From positions 434,001-498,000 of the forward strand of contig NW_026864086.1 in the NCBI RefSeq assembly GCF_026571515.1: a DNA stretch of 64,000 nt, written 5' to 3'. The translations under genes were made by a program, and so were the position numbers. Origin of the DNA: Ruditapes philippinarum (lineage: Eukaryota). How positions within the stretch are numbered: position 1 is the first letter of the stretch; every line of letters starts with the position of its first letter. Positions 61,760 to 64,000 of the stretch are shown piece by piece. Under the pieces are notes generated by a model. The model was not told the DNA's origin and ran no database searches. It was given only the letters and a program-made list of their open reading frames with translations.

Positions 61760-63968
61760 ATGGCACTCTCTGGAATAAACCCACCAAACATGAACTGGGA
61801 CAGTGTTAATCTACCTACAACTTGGGAAAAATTTGAACGAAATGTTAAACTAATATTCAGTGGACCCCTCAAAGAAAAATCAGAAGAAGAAAGGATTTCA
61901 TATCTACTAATATGGGTAGGAGAAAAGGGGCAAGACATTATGCAATCATGGAATTTAACCGCAGATGATAGAAAAAAGATCGATACGTACTTCACAAAAT
62001 TTCAAAACCACGTTCAACCTAAATTAAACCCAATTTTTGCTAGGTACCAATTCAACAACGAAAGGCAGGGTGATGAAAACATAGACCAATTCATCACAAA
62101 ACTAAAATTGAAAGCCAATGAATGCAGATACCAAGAAGGAACAAAGGACGAAATGATCAGAGATCGAATTGTTTTCGGGGTAAATAACCAAAGACTGAGA
62201 GAAAAATTAATTAACGAAGGAGAATCCTTAACATTAGACAAGGCAATCCAAATCTCACAAAATTTCGAATACTGTAAAAAACAAATGGACATTCTTAACC
62301 CCAAGCAAGACATAAATTACGTCAAACATGGACGAAGGCAAGGTCGTGCCAAACCGGAACACAGCGCTGCCAGGATCGACACGAAACAGAAGTCTCAAAC
62401 AACTACCTGTAGAAATTGTGGAACATACCATGACATCACTCAAAGAAGGAAATGTCCGGCATATGGACAGCAGTGCAAATCATGTAAAAAGTACAATCAT
62501 TGGGCAAAAGTATGCCGTTCAAACAAACAGAAACATGTTCATGAATTGTCGAACAATTTAAGTGAAAATAGTGATGATTCTTGTATGGATAACTATTTCA
62601 TTGATACGGTAAGTCACAAAACATCGCCAGCCCCAGATCGCGCGTTTGTTGACATTAAGATTGGCCCGAAATGCCAAAACATTAATTTCAAACTTGATAC
62701 AGGGAGCAGCGTTAACATACTCTCTAAGCGCAAATTTGAATCGCTCAACATGAGAATCCCTTTGCAGGCCCCCGATTCTCAACTTATCTCTTACTCAGGT
62801 GATACAATAAAAGTTATAGGAAAAATCAGTTTAACCTGTAGCTATCGTACCGCGCAAGTTACTGTAGACTTCTATGTCGTTAACAGTGACGCACCACCGC
62901 TTATAGGATTACAGACATCCATTGACCTTGGGTTAATTAAACTCACATATGACATAAACTGCCAAAATACTCAGTACATGACTAAAGAGTCAGTAATGTC
63001 TGAGTACGGTGATTTGTTCAGGGGCGTAGGCATACTCCCTGGTAAAAGCAAATTACACCTGCGTGATGACGCTATTCCAGTAATTACACCTCCGAGACGT
63101 GAACCGGAAGCGCTCAAATCGCGACTTAAGCTAGAGCTTGAGCAAATGGTCAAAGACGCCAGTAACGGAACCTACGGACTGGGTACACCCTATTGTTGTG
63201 GTCGAAAAACCGAACGGAAAATTACGTATTTGCTTAGACCCAAAACAGCTCAATGACGCAATACGTAGACCTCATTATGTCACATCAACACTTGATGACG
63301 TAACAGCAAAGCTCGCTGGAGCTAAATACTTTAGCATGTTAGATCTTACTCATGCATATTGGTCTGTACAACTAGACGATCAATCGTCTTACGTCACAAC
63401 CTTCGCTACTCCTTTCGGTAGATATAGATACTTAAGGTTACCATACGGTATATCATCATCAAGTGATATATTTTGTCAAAAGGTCAATCAGATATTCGAA
63501 GGAATAAATGGAATACTCCCTCTTGTTGATGATATTTTAATATGGGGAAACACGCAAGGTGAACATGACAAATGTCTAACACAGATTCTATTACGTGCGC
63601 GCGAGCAAGGTATCAGGTTTAATGAGCAAAAATGCACAATTGGCGCCAAATCAGTACCATTCTTTGGTCATATCATTACGGAAAGTGGGTTAAAGGCTGA
63701 CCCGTCTAAGATTGAGGCAATTATAAAATTGCCAATCCCCAATAACCGCGAAATGGTCGAAAGGCTTTTGGGAATGGTCAATTATCTCTCTAAATTCGCG
63801 CCAAATCTAGCAGAAGTTACAGCCCCCTTACGGAGCCTCTTGAAAAAAGATACAGAGTTTATATGGGATCATGTTCATGACCGAGCATTTTCTCAAGTCA
63901 AAGATATTACAAGAAAAGCATTGATGCAAAGCATCAAAGGGCGTCCAAACAAGAAATGCAGCAAGTGA
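61760..63968 (+). mobile_element. Decayed Ty3/Gypsy gag-pro-RT polyprotein
   Basis: Gag (EMIRDRIVFGV), zinc knuckles (CRNCG..H..C; CKSCKKYNHWAKVC), protease FKLDTGSS, and RT (LRICLDPKQLN, LDLTHAYWSV, TPFGRYRYLRLPYG, LVDDILIWG). Frameshift at ~63155; homology is lost at ~63910, before RNase H. Confidence 0.93.
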
Positions 63969-64000
63969 AGATGAACTAGTAGACATATGATGACAAGATA

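Noticed and set aside
63138-63256. Programmed ribosomal frameshift between the gag-pro and RT ORFs
   Set aside because: The break lies within the RT N-terminus with residues missing and no slippery heptamer, which is better explained by a deletion.

Overview
AT-rich eukaryotic genomic DNA with GT-AG introns. The repeat and gene repertoire suggests a bivalve mollusc (inference). Five protein-coding genes can be supported. (1) A multi-exon minus-strand gene (21914->3098) encodes an unusual single-pass receptor: signal peptide, two tandem class-C-GPCR/mGluR-type Venus flytrap (ANF) domains each followed by a short Cys motif, one TM helix, and a ~60-aa tail with Tyr motifs (YMEI, YVPM). It has no 7TM, kinase or cyclase domain. 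Its intron 1 carries an inverted copy of part of exon 3 and a ~780-bp MITE-made inverted repeat. (2) A divergent 9-coding-exon UDP-hexose 4-epimerase (GALE-like, minus). (3) A CHST8-14-type carbohydrate sulfotransferase (minus). (4) A GAL3ST-type galactose-3-O-sulfotransferase (plus). Genes 2-4 are adjacent and may form a sulfated-glycan gene neighbourhood. (5) An intronless RING/B-box/coiled-coil/NHL-type TRIM gene whose likely ATG is one base out of frame. The rest is transposon-rich: LINE 3' fragments, tRNA-derived SINEs, TTAA MITEs (piggyBac-like and Kolobok-like), a MITE-derived tandem array, Helentron-associated elements, a Penelope GIY-YIG remnant with a degenerate hammerhead motif, a decayed Gypsy LTR element, and 24-bp and 21-bp minisatellites. 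Region ~13270-18960 looks like unpolished, homopolymer-corrupted consensus, so exons there cannot be read exactly.
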